Positions 19,597 through 29,666 of a stretch of 64,000 nt of DNA are shown here, piece by piece. Source of the DNA: Planctomycetota bacterium. GTDB taxonomy: Bacteria > Planctomycetota > B15-G4. A program made the position numbers and the translations under genes. The notes under the pieces were generated by a model, which searched no databases, was not told the origin of the DNA, and saw only the letters and a program-made list of their open reading frames with translations. Position 1 is the first letter of the stretch, and every line of letters begins with the position of its first letter. The stretch is from contig JAJDEO010000030.1 of NCBI GenBank assembly GCA_029259745.1, positions 47,657-111,656 of the forward strand, read 5' to 3'.

Positions 19597-19721
19597 CGTC
19601 ACGCGTCGGGTGACCGAAACCCGGTGCACGCGCCTTGCGTGGTCGGTCGACGGGGCCGCATGATGGCAGTGCTGCTCAGGGGCAGCGCGGCGAGATCGCC
19701 CTTTTCAAGGACGCCGGTTCC

Positions 19722-21320
19722 ATGACCTCCATCGTCTGGCTTGCCCAGAGAGCGCCTTCGAGCACCGTCTTTGCCGACAGTGACGAGGTCGTACACACCG
19801 AGAGCGTCGAGGCGGCGATGTCGAACTGGGAGCGCGACGCCAACGGTGTCCTCGTCGCCGACCCCCGCGGACTCGGGGTCTCGCGCGATGTCTTCGCCGC
19901 CCTCACGCAACACATCGCCGCCGACTCCCTCGTCGTGGTGGCGGGCAGCGAGACCGACGACGTCGCCCGCTCGGCCGCGGAGTTCGGCGCGCACAACATT
20001 CTGCTCGATCACGAGCTCACGCGGCGACATGTCCAACGCGCTGTCGGCTTCGCAGCCACGTACGCATTGCGCCACGCTGCCGCGCAGCTCGAGCAGCTCG
20101 AGCAGCTCGCCCACCTCGACCCGCTCACGGAGGTGCTCAACCGGCGTGGCCTCGAACGCGCGCTGACCGAGGAGCAGGCCCGCGCACGTCGCTCCGGCGA
20201 ACACGTCGGAGCCATCCTCATCGACGGCGACGACTTCAAGAGCGTCAACGACACCTTCGGCCACGACCGCGGCGACACGGTGCTCCACGAGATCGCCGAG
20301 CGGCTGCGCACGACGATCCGCCCGTCCGACCGCATCGGTCGGCTCGGGGGCGACGAGTTCCTCGTGCTCTTGCCCGACACGCGCCACGCCGAGGCGCTCG
20401 AGGTCGCCGAGCGACTCCGCCGGACGATCGCCCACACGCCCGTGGCGCTCCCCGCCGACGACGTCGTCACGACCGTGAGCCTCGCGGTCGTCCCCGTCGC
20501 TCACGACGACGCCATCGGCGAGATCCTCCAGCGCGCCCACGAAGCCCTCGCCACGTGCAAGACGTCGGGGAAGAACACCGTCGTGGGCACGGGCCGCGTC
20601 GAGGACATCGCCGGCGTGCAGCTCCCACCATCGCACGAACTTTGCGACGCGGCCGGATTCAGCGTCGTCCGCCACCCGATCGTGCGCTTGGCCGACGGTG
20701 AGATCGTCGGGCACGAGCTTCTCTCGCGCGGCCCTACCGGCTTGCTCGAGTCTCCGCGCGATCTGTTCCGCTACTGCCGCGAGAAGCGCATCCTGCCCGA
20801 CGTCGACATCGCCTGCCTGCGCTCGTGCCTTTCCGCGCTCGACGCGTGGACACCGCCCGGGCGCGTGCACGTCAACGTGTTCCCGCACACGCTCGCCAGT
20901 CTCGACGTCTCGATCTTGCTCGACGTGCTGGCACCGACCGCCCGCGAACACGACCTCATCATCGAACTCAGTGAGCAACAGTTCGCCGGTGACATGACGC
21001 GCTTCGCCGAGAAGATCGACGCGCTGCGCGAGGCCGGGATCGACATCGCGATCGACGACGTCGGCTTCGGGCGCAGCTCGCTCGAGGCGTTCGTGATGCT
21101 CGAACCGCGCGTGCTGAAGATCTGCCCCGGCTACGTGCACGGCTGCGCCGAGACCGTCGCACGCCAACGCGCCCTCGAACGCATCGTGCGCCTCGCCGAA
21201 GCGGGCGAGTGCACGCTCATCGCCGAGGGCGTCGAATCGCAGCGCGACCTCGAGTGCGTGCGACGCCTGGGGATCGGAGAAGCCCAGGGCTACCTCTGGG
21301 GCGAACCCGTCCCCTGCTGA
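19722..21320 (+). CDS. GGDEF-EAL protein with N-terminal degenerate receiver-like domain
   Basis: DPLTEVLNRRG, an RPSD I-site 5 residues before an intact RLGGDEF. EAL-domain residues are present (ELL, ELSEQ, DDVGFG, EGVESQ, QGYLWG). Start reset to MTSIVWLA. Confidence 0.88.
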   Translation: MTSIVWLAQRAPSSTVFADSDEVVHTESVEAAMSNWERDANGVLVADPRGLGVSRDVFAALTQHIAADSLVVVAGSETDDVARSAAEFGAHNILLDHELTRRHVQRAVGFAATYALRHAAAQLEQLEQLAHLDPLTEVLNRRGLERALTEEQARARRSGEHVGAILIDGDDFKSVNDTFGHDRGDTVLHEIAERLRTTIRPSDRIGRLGGDEFLVLLPDTRHAEALEVAERLRRTIAHTPVALPADDVVTTVSLAVVPVAHDDAIGEILQRAHEALATCKTSGKNTVVGTGRVEDIAGVQLPPSHELCDAAGFSVVRHPIVRLADGEIVGHELLSRGPTGLLESPRDLFRYCREKRILPDVDIACLRSCLSALDAWTPPGRVHVNVFPHTLASLDVSILLDVLAPTAREHDLIIELSEQQFAGDMTRFAEKIDALREAGIDIAIDDVGFGRSSLEAFVMLEPRVLKICPGYVHGCAETVARQRALERIVRLAEAGECTLIAEGVESQRDLECVRRLGIGEAQGYLWGEPVPC

Positions 21321-21350
21321 CGCGGGATGCTCACCGGCGATCGTCCGCGT

Positions 21351-21752
21351 TCAGCCGAGCCCGATGCGATCGAGGCCGTCTTCGTCGAAGCCGATGAAGT
21401 GGCCGAGTTCGTGCAGCAGCGTGATCCGGATCTGTTCGCTGAGTTCCTCGCGCGTGCGGCACTCGCGCTCGAGGTGTCGCTGGAACAGCAGGATCACCGA
21501 CGTCTCCGGCATGCCGTCCATCGCGGCACCGTCCACGCGCGAGGGTCCGAGGAACAATCCCAGCAACTCCTCGGGCTGTTCGATCTCGGCGGCGATCTCC
21601 TTGCTCGGGCGAAGGTCCACGATCACGGGCACTTCGTCGAGCACAGCGGCGAACTCGCCGGGCAACTCAGCGATCACCTGCTGCAGGACGCCGTCGAACT
21701 CGCGATCAGTCATGCGCACCATGTCGTCATGATCGCGAGTTGACGGCGCCAC
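21351..21752 (-). CDS. zincin-like metallopeptidase family protein (DUF1025-type)
   Basis: C-terminal LLHELGHFIGFDEDGL (HExxH). Small acidic protein. The true start may be MVRMTDREF (21722). Confidence 0.65.
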   Translation of the reverse strand: MAPSTRDHDDMVRMTDREFDGVLQQVIAELPGEFAAVLDEVPVIVDLRPSKEIAAEIEQPEELLGLFLGPSRVDGAAMDGMPETSVILLFQRHLERECRTREELSEQIRITLLHELGHFIGFDEDGLDRIGLG

Positions 21753-21764
21753 GTCACGCCCCCA

Positions 21765-22310
21765 TCAGCGCTGCCTCGGCACGTAGATCGGAACGCGCAC
21801 ACCGGGCGGGTGATGCACGTGCGGCACGACGACGGGCGGGCAGTAGGGCTCGGGAACGTGCACATGGACGGGCGGCGGTGGCAGTGGCGGAGGTCCGGGC
21901 ACATACACCGGACCGGGCGGATGCACGTGCGGAGGTGGCGCCCAGATCGAGTCGTGATAGACCGGGTACGCTCCGGGCGGCACGGGGCGATAAGCGAGGA
22001 TGCCGAGCCCGAGGTCCAACGGGCCGACGCCCACCGTTGCGCCCGCGATGCCGAGCTCGAGACGCAGCAGGTGCCAGATGTCGAGCAGGAAGAACGCGCC
22101 GGGACTGCGGCCGTCGAACACCTCGATGTTGAGGATCGGCGGGTCGGGCGCAAACCCCACGGTCGCGATCCCGTGGATGAGTCCCGTCGAGTGCAGCCCG
22201 GCGGGCTGATCGTGCGTGTGGACGTCCATGACGGTGCACGCCGACGCTGTGACGAGCAGCAGTGTGACGACGGCCGCTCGGGCCCATGGATGCAGGCGTT
22301 GACTCGACAT
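21765..22310 (-). CDS. lipoprotein with His/Pro-rich C-terminal tail
   Basis: The ATG at 22310 gives MSSQRLHPWARAAVVTLLLVTASAC (lipobox), with GGAG 8 nt upstream. The C-terminus reads PPPHVHPPGPVYVPGPPPLPPPPVHVHVPEPYCPPVVVPHVHHPPG. Confidence 0.7.
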   Translation of the reverse strand: MSSQRLHPWARAAVVTLLLVTASACTVMDVHTHDQPAGLHSTGLIHGIATVGFAPDPPILNIEVFDGRSPGAFFLLDIWHLLRLELGIAGATVGVGPLDLGLGILAYRPVPPGAYPVYHDSIWAPPPHVHPPGPVYVPGPPPLPPPPVHVHVPEPYCPPVVVPHVHHPPGVRVPIYVPRQR

Positions 22311-22591
22311 GTGATGACTCCGGCACGGTGGCTGGTGACCGAAGAGGCGCGGCGCTCGTCGAGCGAACGTACGTTGTCCGTCTCCTCCGGAGGGCCATTG
22401 GACGACGACGTGACGCATCCGTCACGCGGTGCGAACGGCGCTAGAATGCGATCGAGGCGTTCGCTGCGAGCGCCTTTCGGCTTTCGAACAGAGGGCAGCG
22501 CGAGGAATCGCGCACGTGCGTTCGACAGCCGACATCACCACACGGGCGCTTACACCCGGTGTTCCCCGCGGACACCCTGGGAGGGACTCAC

Positions 22592-24040
22592 ATGCGCACC
22601 ACGCTCCGCTTTCTTGTCGGCCTCGGCCTGTCCATCGCGACGGCCTCGGCCACGAATGACTTCGCCACGCAGTTCATCGACGTCGGCGCACAACCTCAGG
22701 ACGTCATCACCGTCGATGTCGACCGCAACGGGATCGCCGACGTCATCACGGCCTTGCAGTTCAGCGGCGTCATCTCCATCACGTTGGCGACCGGCGACGG
22801 CGGGTTCATCGCCGCGCCGTCGATCCCGACCGGCGGACAACCCGTCGGCCTCGCCGCCGGCGATCTCGACGGCGACTCACTCGTCGACCTCGTCGTCGTG
22901 GACGCCGGCGCCGGGACGTTGACGGCAGCGCTCGGGCACGGCGACGGCACGTTCGCGCAGCCGGTCAGCGTGTCTGTCGGGAGCAACCCTCAGCAGGTGC
23001 TGCTCGGCGACGTCACGGGCGATGGAATCCTCGACGCCGTCGTCCTGCGCGACAGCTTCTCGCATCCGGTCTGCTGGTTGGCGGGCTTCGGCGACGGAAC
23101 CTTCGCACCGCCCGTCATTCCGGCTGCGGGCTTCGGCGCACGCGCCGCGGTACTCGTGGATCTCGACGGCGACGCGCTCCTCGACCTCGCCGTCGTGGAC
23201 GTCGATGACGATTCCGTGCGCGTGCTCTTCGGCTCCGTCGACGGAGGTCTCGAGCCACCCGGCGATCCGATCGCCGTCGGCGTCGCACCCGTGGCGATCG
23301 CCGCAGCGGACCTCGACGGTGACGACGACCTCGATCTCGTCACCGCCAACACGTCGAGCAACGATCTTTCCGTGCTCAGCAATGCCGGCGACGGAACCTT
23401 CGCACCGGCCGAGACCGTCTCGACGGGCGCGAACCCGACCGACGTGCGCATCGGCGACGTCACGGGTGACGGCATCCGCGACATCGTCGTGAGTCTCGGG
23501 GGCGCGAGCGCCGTGGCCGTGCTGTCGTCCGACGGCGTCGGTGGCATCGAGGCCATTGTCGACATCCCGACCGGGTTGGCGCCACTCGCCGTGGCGCTCG
23601 GCGACACCGACGGCGATTTCTTCGCCGACATCGTCTCGGCCGACGCGTTCACGAACGGCATCACCGTCGCGAAAAGCACGGCGGGCCCGTGGGTCAACCT
23701 CGGCAAGTCGGCGCCGGGGCCGCTGGCCTCCTCGACGTTGCTCGCCATCGGCAGCCCGAAGCCAGGCGCAACCATCCACTTCGAGACGCCCGAGATCCCG
23801 CTCGGCTCACCGGGCCTGCTCGTCCTCGGAAGTCGCCGCGTGGACTCCGCGACCGGCGGCATCACCGTCGTTCCCGCGACGACGCTCGTGCTCCCGATCA
23901 CGGCGGTGCCGGTGCTCACGTTCACATGGCCGAGCGTCGCCCCGCCCGGCGATGACGTCTACGTGCAGGCGTTCTTCAAGATCGCACCGGGCGAGATCGT
24001 CAGCACGAACGCCCTGCGCACGATCACGCAACTCCCCTGA
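22592..24040 (+). CDS. FG-GAP/VCBS repeat protein (integrin-alpha-like propeller), secreted
   Basis: Start MRTTLRFLVGLGLSIATASA with a GGGAGGG RBS. Repeated GDVTGDGILD, VDLDGDALLD, ADLDGDDDLD and GDTDGDFFAD motifs. Confidence 0.85.
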   Translation: MRTTLRFLVGLGLSIATASATNDFATQFIDVGAQPQDVITVDVDRNGIADVITALQFSGVISITLATGDGGFIAAPSIPTGGQPVGLAAGDLDGDSLVDLVVVDAGAGTLTAALGHGDGTFAQPVSVSVGSNPQQVLLGDVTGDGILDAVVLRDSFSHPVCWLAGFGDGTFAPPVIPAAGFGARAAVLVDLDGDALLDLAVVDVDDDSVRVLFGSVDGGLEPPGDPIAVGVAPVAIAAADLDGDDDLDLVTANTSSNDLSVLSNAGDGTFAPAETVSTGANPTDVRIGDVTGDGIRDIVVSLGGASAVAVLSSDGVGGIEAIVDIPTGLAPLAVALGDTDGDFFADIVSADAFTNGITVAKSTAGPWVNLGKSAPGPLASSTLLAIGSPKPGATIHFETPEIPLGSPGLLVLGSRRVDSATGGITVVPATTLVLPITAVPVLTFTWPSVAPPGDDVYVQAFFKIAPGEIVSTNALRTITQLP

Positions 24041-24047
24041 CAACGCA

Positions 24048-24083
24048 CCGCGCCCCCCGCGAACACGATCGCGGGGGGCGCGG
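24048..24083. terminator. bidirectional stem-loop between convergent genes
   Basis: CCGCGCCCCCCGCGA / TCGCGGGGGGCGCGG: a perfect 15-bp GC stem with a 6-nt loop. It lies 8 nt after the plus-strand stop and 25 nt after the minus-strand stop. No U-tract. Confidence 0.65.
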
Positions 24084-24107
24084 AGAGTTCTGCTTCAGTT
24101 GACGCCG

Positions 24108-26966
24108 TCAGTTGGCTTCGTCGGTCGGGTTGACGACGAGGACAGACGCACGCTCGGGCAGGAGGTACTCGCTCGCGAGCGCGGAGATGCGCTTGACGTC
24201 GAGGTCCCGGAAGAATGCGTCGACATCGCGCAGGTCGTCGAGCGCAGCCGGATCCGTCTGAGCCTCCGAAAGCCCGCTCGCCCAATAGTTGTTCCGACGA
24301 CGAGCGTCGCGGAGCTGGTTGAGCAGCGGCTCGGCAAGGCGGTGCGCCTCGTCGGCCGTGACACCGTCGTCGGCGAGCGTCTTGGCGACATCGATGCAGG
24401 CCTCGACGAGCGCTTCGACCTTGCTGGGATCGGCGTTTGCCTGGATCATCATCCAACCGACGCCGGGGAAGACGTCGTTCGACTGGGCGCCGGCACCCGG
24501 CGAGTAGGCCGCACCAAGGCGCTCACGCACCTCGAGACGGACACGATCGTTGAGCACCGTGCCGAGGAAGAGCAACTCGCGGCGCGTGATGGCGTCCATG
24601 CCGTCGGTCGTCGGGAAAGCGACGACGACGAGCGACTTGTCGTCTTCCGTGGCGACGCTGCGCGTCATGCGCAGACCTTCGGCGAGCGGCGGCACTTCGA
24701 GGTGACGCGAGACGTCGAGCGGCTCGCGACGGGCCGGAAGTGTGCCGAATGTCTGCGCGACCTGCGAGACGATCAGGTCGACATCGACGTCACCGACGAC
24801 CGAGATCTCGATCGGGCCGTCGGCGAGGTGCGGGGCGACCCACTCCTTCACGTCGTCAACCGTCACGGCCATCACGCGGTCCATGTCGGGGAACATCACG
24901 AAGCGCGGGTCTTGGCCATGTAGTGCGGGCAGGAAGTCCATCACCATCGGACCGAAGAGCTGCGTCTTCATCTGCTCGTACTGGACCGGCAAGAACTGGT
25001 GCAGCTGCACGAGGCCGTCCTCGCGCCAGCCGGCGTGCTGCAGGTAGGCACACATCAACTCGAACTGCGTGAGCGAATCCTCGGGCGACGTCGTGCCGCT
25101 GAGCGTGAACGCATCGTCGGAGACACCGAAACCCACGCCGACTTCCTTGCCCGCCATGAGACGACGAAGGTCGTCCTCGCTGTGAGCCTCGAGTCCGCCA
25201 CCGTTGAGGATGGCATCGGCCGGCACCGACTTGACGTACTCGGCCGGGTCGAGCGTCAGTCCACCTTCGGCGAGACGCGCCGAGATGACGATCTGCTTCT
25301 CCTTGAAGTCCGTCTTCTTGACGTTGAGCTTCACGCCGTTGGCGAACTCGACCATGTGCACGTCGAGGTCCTCGACGTGATCGCGCTTGGCGACTTCACC
25401 GGACTCAGCTTCGTCGGAACCGTACGCGAACGGCGCGAGCTCGATCACTTCAGGCGCCTCGACTTCGTCCAGACCCTGGCGGATGTACGCACCCAAGAGC
25501 GTTCGACCACCCTTGTCACCGAGGTCGAGGTTGCCGCTCGAGTAGATGGCGAGTTCACCCTCGGTCCAGTCGGCGACGAGCGCGTCGTGGCACTGCTCGA
25601 GCGTGATGTTCTCGGCGATCGGGCGCACGATCTCGCGGTAGGTGCGGGCGTCCGTGGGCACGAAGCGGTCCTCGGCGGCCGCAAGAGCTTCACCGAGGAT
25701 CGAGCGACTCGAGCGGGTGGCCATGCGGTCGACGGCCTCGTCGAGGCGGCGCAGGAAGTTCGCGCGCACTTCGTCGAGCTCGGCCTGCTGGAAGCCGAAC
25801 TCGAGCGCGCGACGCAGCTCGGCGTCAGCGGCGGCGAGGGACGCCTTCCAGTCGTCGGGCTCGGTCGTGATGCTCAGCGACGCGCCTTCGTAGACGTCGA
25901 GTCCGCCGGCACCGCCGACGCGTGCGTTGAGGAACGGTGTGTCCTCCTTCTTCGTCATCTCGCTGAAACGCAGGTTCAGCATGCCGCGCGCGAAGCTGAG
26001 GTCGATGTCCTCGGTGAGTTCCTCGCGCGTGTAAGGCTCGTCCTCGTGCAGGCGCAGCATCTCGATCGAGATGTTCGTGACGGGGATTTCGGATTCGTAG
26101 ATCGAGAACGCGAGCGTGTCCATCGTCGGCGTGCCGACGGGCGGCTCGGGCAGGATGTCGCTGGCCGGCGCCTCGTAGTGCGCGAAATACTCGGCCATGA
26201 GCTCTTCGGGGTTCATCCCACCGAGGTCGCCGACAATGACGAGCGTCATGTTCTCGGGACGGTACCAACGCTTGTAGAACGCCTTCATGAGCTCGGCGTC
26301 GAACGCCGCGCGCACGTCCTTGGCGCCGATGATCGTGACGTCGGCGTAGCGCGTGCCGTCGTAGAGATACTTCATCATCTTGCGCTGCATGCGGTAACCG
26401 GCCGAGTCGCGCTCGCGCTGCTCACCGTCGATGACCCCCTTCTCCGCGACGATCTCCTCTTCGCTGAGAATCATCTCGAAAGCGAAATCGCTCAGCACTT
26501 CGAGCCCCGAACGCAAGGTCGCCTCGTCGGGGTTCGGGAGGTCGAGCTTGTAGACGGTTTCCGAGAACGCCGTGTGTGCGTTCGTGTCGGCGCCGAAGGC
26601 CATGCCCTGCTCTTGGAACCACTCGATGAGCGTGCCGGCCTCGAAGTTCTTCGTGCCGTTGAAGCCCATGTGCTCGAGAAAATGCGCCATGCCATCTTCG
26701 TCGGGGCGCTCGCCGAACGCGCCCATGTCGACATGCAATCGCACGTAGACACGGTTCTCCGGCTCGGGGTTGTCCGCCCAGACCCAGCGCATGCCGTTGT
26801 CGAAGTGACCAAACGTGAAGCGCGCATCGACCGGGACGTCGGACGTCTCGTGCTCCCAGGCGCGGACACTGCCGGAAGGACGGGCGTCTTGCGACGTGAC
26901 ATCCGGCGCAAGGGCGAGGAGACCGGCGGCGACGAGCGTCGGCGCGACGAGGCAGCGGGACAGCAT
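24108..26966 (-). CDS. M16 (pitrilysin/insulinase) family zinc peptidase, two-unit, secreted
   Basis: HFLEHMGFNGT (HxxEH). About 950 aa, which fits two fused M16 halves. Start reset to MLSRCLVAPTLVAAGLLALAP. Confidence 0.88.
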   Translation of the reverse strand: MLSRCLVAPTLVAAGLLALAPDVTSQDARPSGSVRAWEHETSDVPVDARFTFGHFDNGMRWVWADNPEPENRVYVRLHVDMGAFGERPDEDGMAHFLEHMGFNGTKNFEAGTLIEWFQEQGMAFGADTNAHTAFSETVYKLDLPNPDEATLRSGLEVLSDFAFEMILSEEEIVAEKGVIDGEQRERDSAGYRMQRKMMKYLYDGTRYADVTIIGAKDVRAAFDAELMKAFYKRWYRPENMTLVIVGDLGGMNPEELMAEYFAHYEAPASDILPEPPVGTPTMDTLAFSIYESEIPVTNISIEMLRLHEDEPYTREELTEDIDLSFARGMLNLRFSEMTKKEDTPFLNARVGGAGGLDVYEGASLSITTEPDDWKASLAAADAELRRALEFGFQQAELDEVRANFLRRLDEAVDRMATRSSRSILGEALAAAEDRFVPTDARTYREIVRPIAENITLEQCHDALVADWTEGELAIYSSGNLDLGDKGGRTLLGAYIRQGLDEVEAPEVIELAPFAYGSDEAESGEVAKRDHVEDLDVHMVEFANGVKLNVKKTDFKEKQIVISARLAEGGLTLDPAEYVKSVPADAILNGGGLEAHSEDDLRRLMAGKEVGVGFGVSDDAFTLSGTTSPEDSLTQFELMCAYLQHAGWREDGLVQLHQFLPVQYEQMKTQLFGPMVMDFLPALHGQDPRFVMFPDMDRVMAVTVDDVKEWVAPHLADGPIEISVVGDVDVDLIVSQVAQTFGTLPARREPLDVSRHLEVPPLAEGLRMTRSVATEDDKSLVVVAFPTTDGMDAITRRELLFLGTVLNDRVRLEVRERLGAAYSPGAGAQSNDVFPGVGWMMIQANADPSKVEALVEACIDVAKTLADDGVTADEAHRLAEPLLNQLRDARRRNNYWASGLSEAQTDPAALDDLRDVDAFFRDLDVKRISALASEYLLPERASVLVVNPTDEAN

Positions 26967-27175
26967 GGCGGGACTCGAGAGGTTCGGAGGGTGTGCGCTC
27001 CGCCGACCAGTGGCCAGAAAGCGCTCGGGCAACCCGACATCGTAGCGATGTCCTGGGTACGGTGCCGGGGCGGGGCCGCGGGACACTGTTCTGTCATCGC
27101 GGTCGAGCGGCCTGCCCCGTCACATGTGATGGTGATTCCGGCACGTTTGACGCCGATCCGCACAGGAGTCGTCCC

Positions 27176-27517
27176 ATGAGCACCCGATCCGACGAGAGAA
27201 GCTCACCCGCGCGCGTCACGGTTTCGTCTCCGTTCTGGACGATCTCGTGCACCGACGTCGGCTACGAGTCGCTCTCGCCACCTCGGCTGCGGCTGCAACG
27301 CGGGCGACTCTCGGCACGCACGGGCGGCGACGTCCACGCGCCGACCGAGCGCGCCGTGCTGCGCGTGCGCGACGAAGCCGGACACGTCGTCGGCGCGTGG
27401 ACGATCCACAGTGCGGCCGTGACGACGATCGGTGACGCCCTCACCGACCACGACGGCGACACGGTCTTCGCGGCGCTCGAGCTGCGCGGCGAACGCATGG
27501 AATCGCTCGACAGCTGA
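27176..27517 (+). CDS. hypothetical protein (113 aa)
   Basis: ATG preceded by CAGGAG 8 nt upstream. High GC3 throughout. No recognisable motif. Confidence 0.55.
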   Translation: MSTRSDERSSPARVTVSSPFWTISCTDVGYESLSPPRLRLQRGRLSARTGGDVHAPTERAVLRVRDEAGHVVGAWTIHSAAVTTIGDALTDHDGDTVFAALELRGERMESLDS

Positions 27518-27571
27518 ACGTGTCAGCACCGCCCTGCTAACCTTCAGCGCGACCACTCTGGGGAAATCACG

Positions 27572-28678
27572 ATGCGCGCTCACTTCCTGACGTTCCTTCT
27601 CGCCGCCCCGTTCACGGCCGCAGCGGCATCGCAAGACGCCGCACCCGTCACGCCCGCGCTGCAGTGGGAAACACTGGAGACGGAGAGCTACGCCGGGAAG
27701 CAAGACGACATCGTCTTCGTCACTCCCGCGCGCGGCTGGTATGTGAACGGAACCGGCCGCATCTACACGACGCGCGACGGCGGCGACACCTGGACGAAGC
27801 AACACGAGCACGTCGGAACGTTCTTCCGCGCGATCGCGTTCGTCGACGAGCAGATCGGCGTCGTGGGCAACGTCGGTGTCGACTACTTCCCCGGCGTCAC
27901 GGACGACACGCTGCTCTATCGCACGACAGACGGCGGCGACTCCTGGGCAGCCGTCGAAGGGCTCCCGACAACCGGCGGCATCTGCGCGATCCAAGTGCTG
28001 CGCGAGCCGTTCATCAACCACGGCGATCTCGCCGAACGCACGCGCCTCGTCGCCGGCGGTCGCGTGGGCGGCCCGTCCGCGCTCTTCACGTCCGACGACC
28101 TCGGTGTCACCTGGACGCCCGTCGCCGTCCCCAAACGCTGCGGGATGATTCTCGACGTCCACTTCTTCGACCGCTCGGTCGGCCTGATCGCGGCCTCGAC
28201 CTCCGCAGCCATCGACAAGAGCCAGGCGCTCGTATTGCGCACCGACGATGGCGGCGAGACGTGGAGCGAAGTCTACGTTTCGGGGCGCCCCTTCGAGACA
28301 ACCTGGAAGTTCGCGTTTCCGAGCGACCGCACCGGCTTCGTCACCGTGCAGTCGTACGACCCGACGAGCGGTGTCTCGAAACGCTACGTCGCCAAGACCG
28401 AGGACGCCGGCCTGACGTGGCGCGAGCAGCTCCTCGTCGACGACGCCTCCGTGCGCGCCTTCGGCATCGGCTTCCTCGACGAGCAGCGCGGCTGGGTCGG
28501 CGCCGTCCCCCATGCCTTCGCGACGACCGACGGCGGACTCACCTGGAGCCGGGCCGACCTCGGTCGAGCCGTGAACAAGATTCGCTTCATCGACGGTCCC
28601 GACGGCAAGATCGGATACGCCGTCGGCGTCGGCGTCCACCGCCTGGCCCCCACGGCGACGGCGGCACCCGACCGCTGA
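27572..28678 (+). CDS. Ycf48/BNR-like beta-propeller protein, secreted
   Basis: Signal peptide MRAHFLTFLLAAPFTAAAA. Repeated TxDGGxTW boxes: TTRDGGDTW, TTDGGDSW, SDDLGVTW, TDDGGETW, TEDAGLTW, TTDGGLTW. Confidence 0.8.
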   Translation: MRAHFLTFLLAAPFTAAAASQDAAPVTPALQWETLETESYAGKQDDIVFVTPARGWYVNGTGRIYTTRDGGDTWTKQHEHVGTFFRAIAFVDEQIGVVGNVGVDYFPGVTDDTLLYRTTDGGDSWAAVEGLPTTGGICAIQVLREPFINHGDLAERTRLVAGGRVGGPSALFTSDDLGVTWTPVAVPKRCGMILDVHFFDRSVGLIAASTSAAIDKSQALVLRTDDGGETWSEVYVSGRPFETTWKFAFPSDRTGFVTVQSYDPTSGVSKRYVAKTEDAGLTWREQLLVDDASVRAFGIGFLDEQRGWVGAVPHAFATTDGGLTWSRADLGRAVNKIRFIDGPDGKIGYAVGVGVHRLAPTATAAPDR

Positions 28679-28767
28679 GCGCGACACGTTCCGTCGCCCG
28701 GCCCCTTCCGTGACTCGGGTCGAAATCCCCACAATGCTCCCGAACGTCACCCTCCCTGGAACCATCG

Positions 28768-29574
28768 ATGACGATCCGGCCCCTCGCCCGCACCCTTGCT
28801 GCACCTGCGCTTCTCTCCGCTCTCGCGGCACTGTCGCTCCCGGACGTGCTGTCGCCGGGCGAACTCGAGCCGGATGAGCTCCGCGATGCCTATCACGAGT
28901 GCTTCGAGGCTGGCACGGAAAGCCGACTCGCCGCGATCTGGCTCGACAACCCAGGCAAGATCCTTACGACGATCGACGCCGACCTTGAGCACAGCCTGTC
29001 GCTCTGGGAGGCGTCGCCCGACGAACCCGACACCAAGGCCATCGCCGACCTGCATGCGCGCGCCCTGTTCGGAGCACGCGTCGCCAGCGCCGTCACCGAA
29101 ACCGCGATCTTCCTCGACTACGCCTCGGCGTTCGTCGGTTGGACGGACGACGAGAAGCGCCGCTTCCGCGGTGGCCAAGCCGCCTACGGCAAGGCGATGG
29201 GCGCCCTGCGCGACCAGGAGTTCGCCGACGCCCTCGAAGCCGCACGCGACTGCACAGCGGCCGCCGAACCGCTCGGCGACTGGTGGGGCACGGCGATGGG
29301 CCTGTCCGCTGAGGGCATCGCCTTGGGTCAGCTCGGCAAGCACGAGGAGGCCCTCACCGTCGCGAGCCGCGCGCGCCTGATCTACGACCAGCTCGGGCTG
29401 CACGGCTCAGAGTACGGCTGCCTGCGCACGATGGTGAGTCAACTGACGAGCCTCGAACGCTGGCCACGTGCCCGCGCCACGCTGCAAACCGCCATCGAAC
29501 TCGGCGAACAACTCGGCGACGAACGCGGCGTCGAGGACCTCAAAGAGCAACTCCAGGCCATCGAGGGGCGCTGA
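28768..29574 (+). CDS. secreted helical (TPR-like) protein of unknown function
   Basis: Signal-like N-terminus MTIRPLARTLAAPALLSALAALS. Helical-repeat composition. High GC3. Confidence 0.5.
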   Translation: MTIRPLARTLAAPALLSALAALSLPDVLSPGELEPDELRDAYHECFEAGTESRLAAIWLDNPGKILTTIDADLEHSLSLWEASPDEPDTKAIADLHARALFGARVASAVTETAIFLDYASAFVGWTDDEKRRFRGGQAAYGKAMGALRDQEFADALEAARDCTAAAEPLGDWWGTAMGLSAEGIALGQLGKHEEALTVASRARLIYDQLGLHGSEYGCLRTMVSQLTSLERWPRARATLQTAIELGEQLGDERGVEDLKEQLQAIEGR

Positions 29575-29666
29575 GACACCGAGGTGGCCTTGATCCCGAC
29601 CCGGTCTGCTGCCGATGAGATCGAATCGAGAACCGTCCGCCGCCCACTTCCCGCCGACACCTCCGC

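Noticed and set aside
27120-27129. Perfect 10-bp palindrome TCACATGTGA in the divergent region between the M16 peptidase and the 113-aa ORF.
   Set aside because: It is too short to distinguish from chance, and it matches no operator consensus that I can name with confidence.
27139-27154. Sigma-54-like CGGCACGTTTGACGCC upstream of the 113-aa ORF.
   Set aside because: GG and GC are correctly spaced, but the -12 region (GACGCC) lacks the TTGC context. By my rough estimate several GGCAC-N-GC hits are expected by chance in this window.
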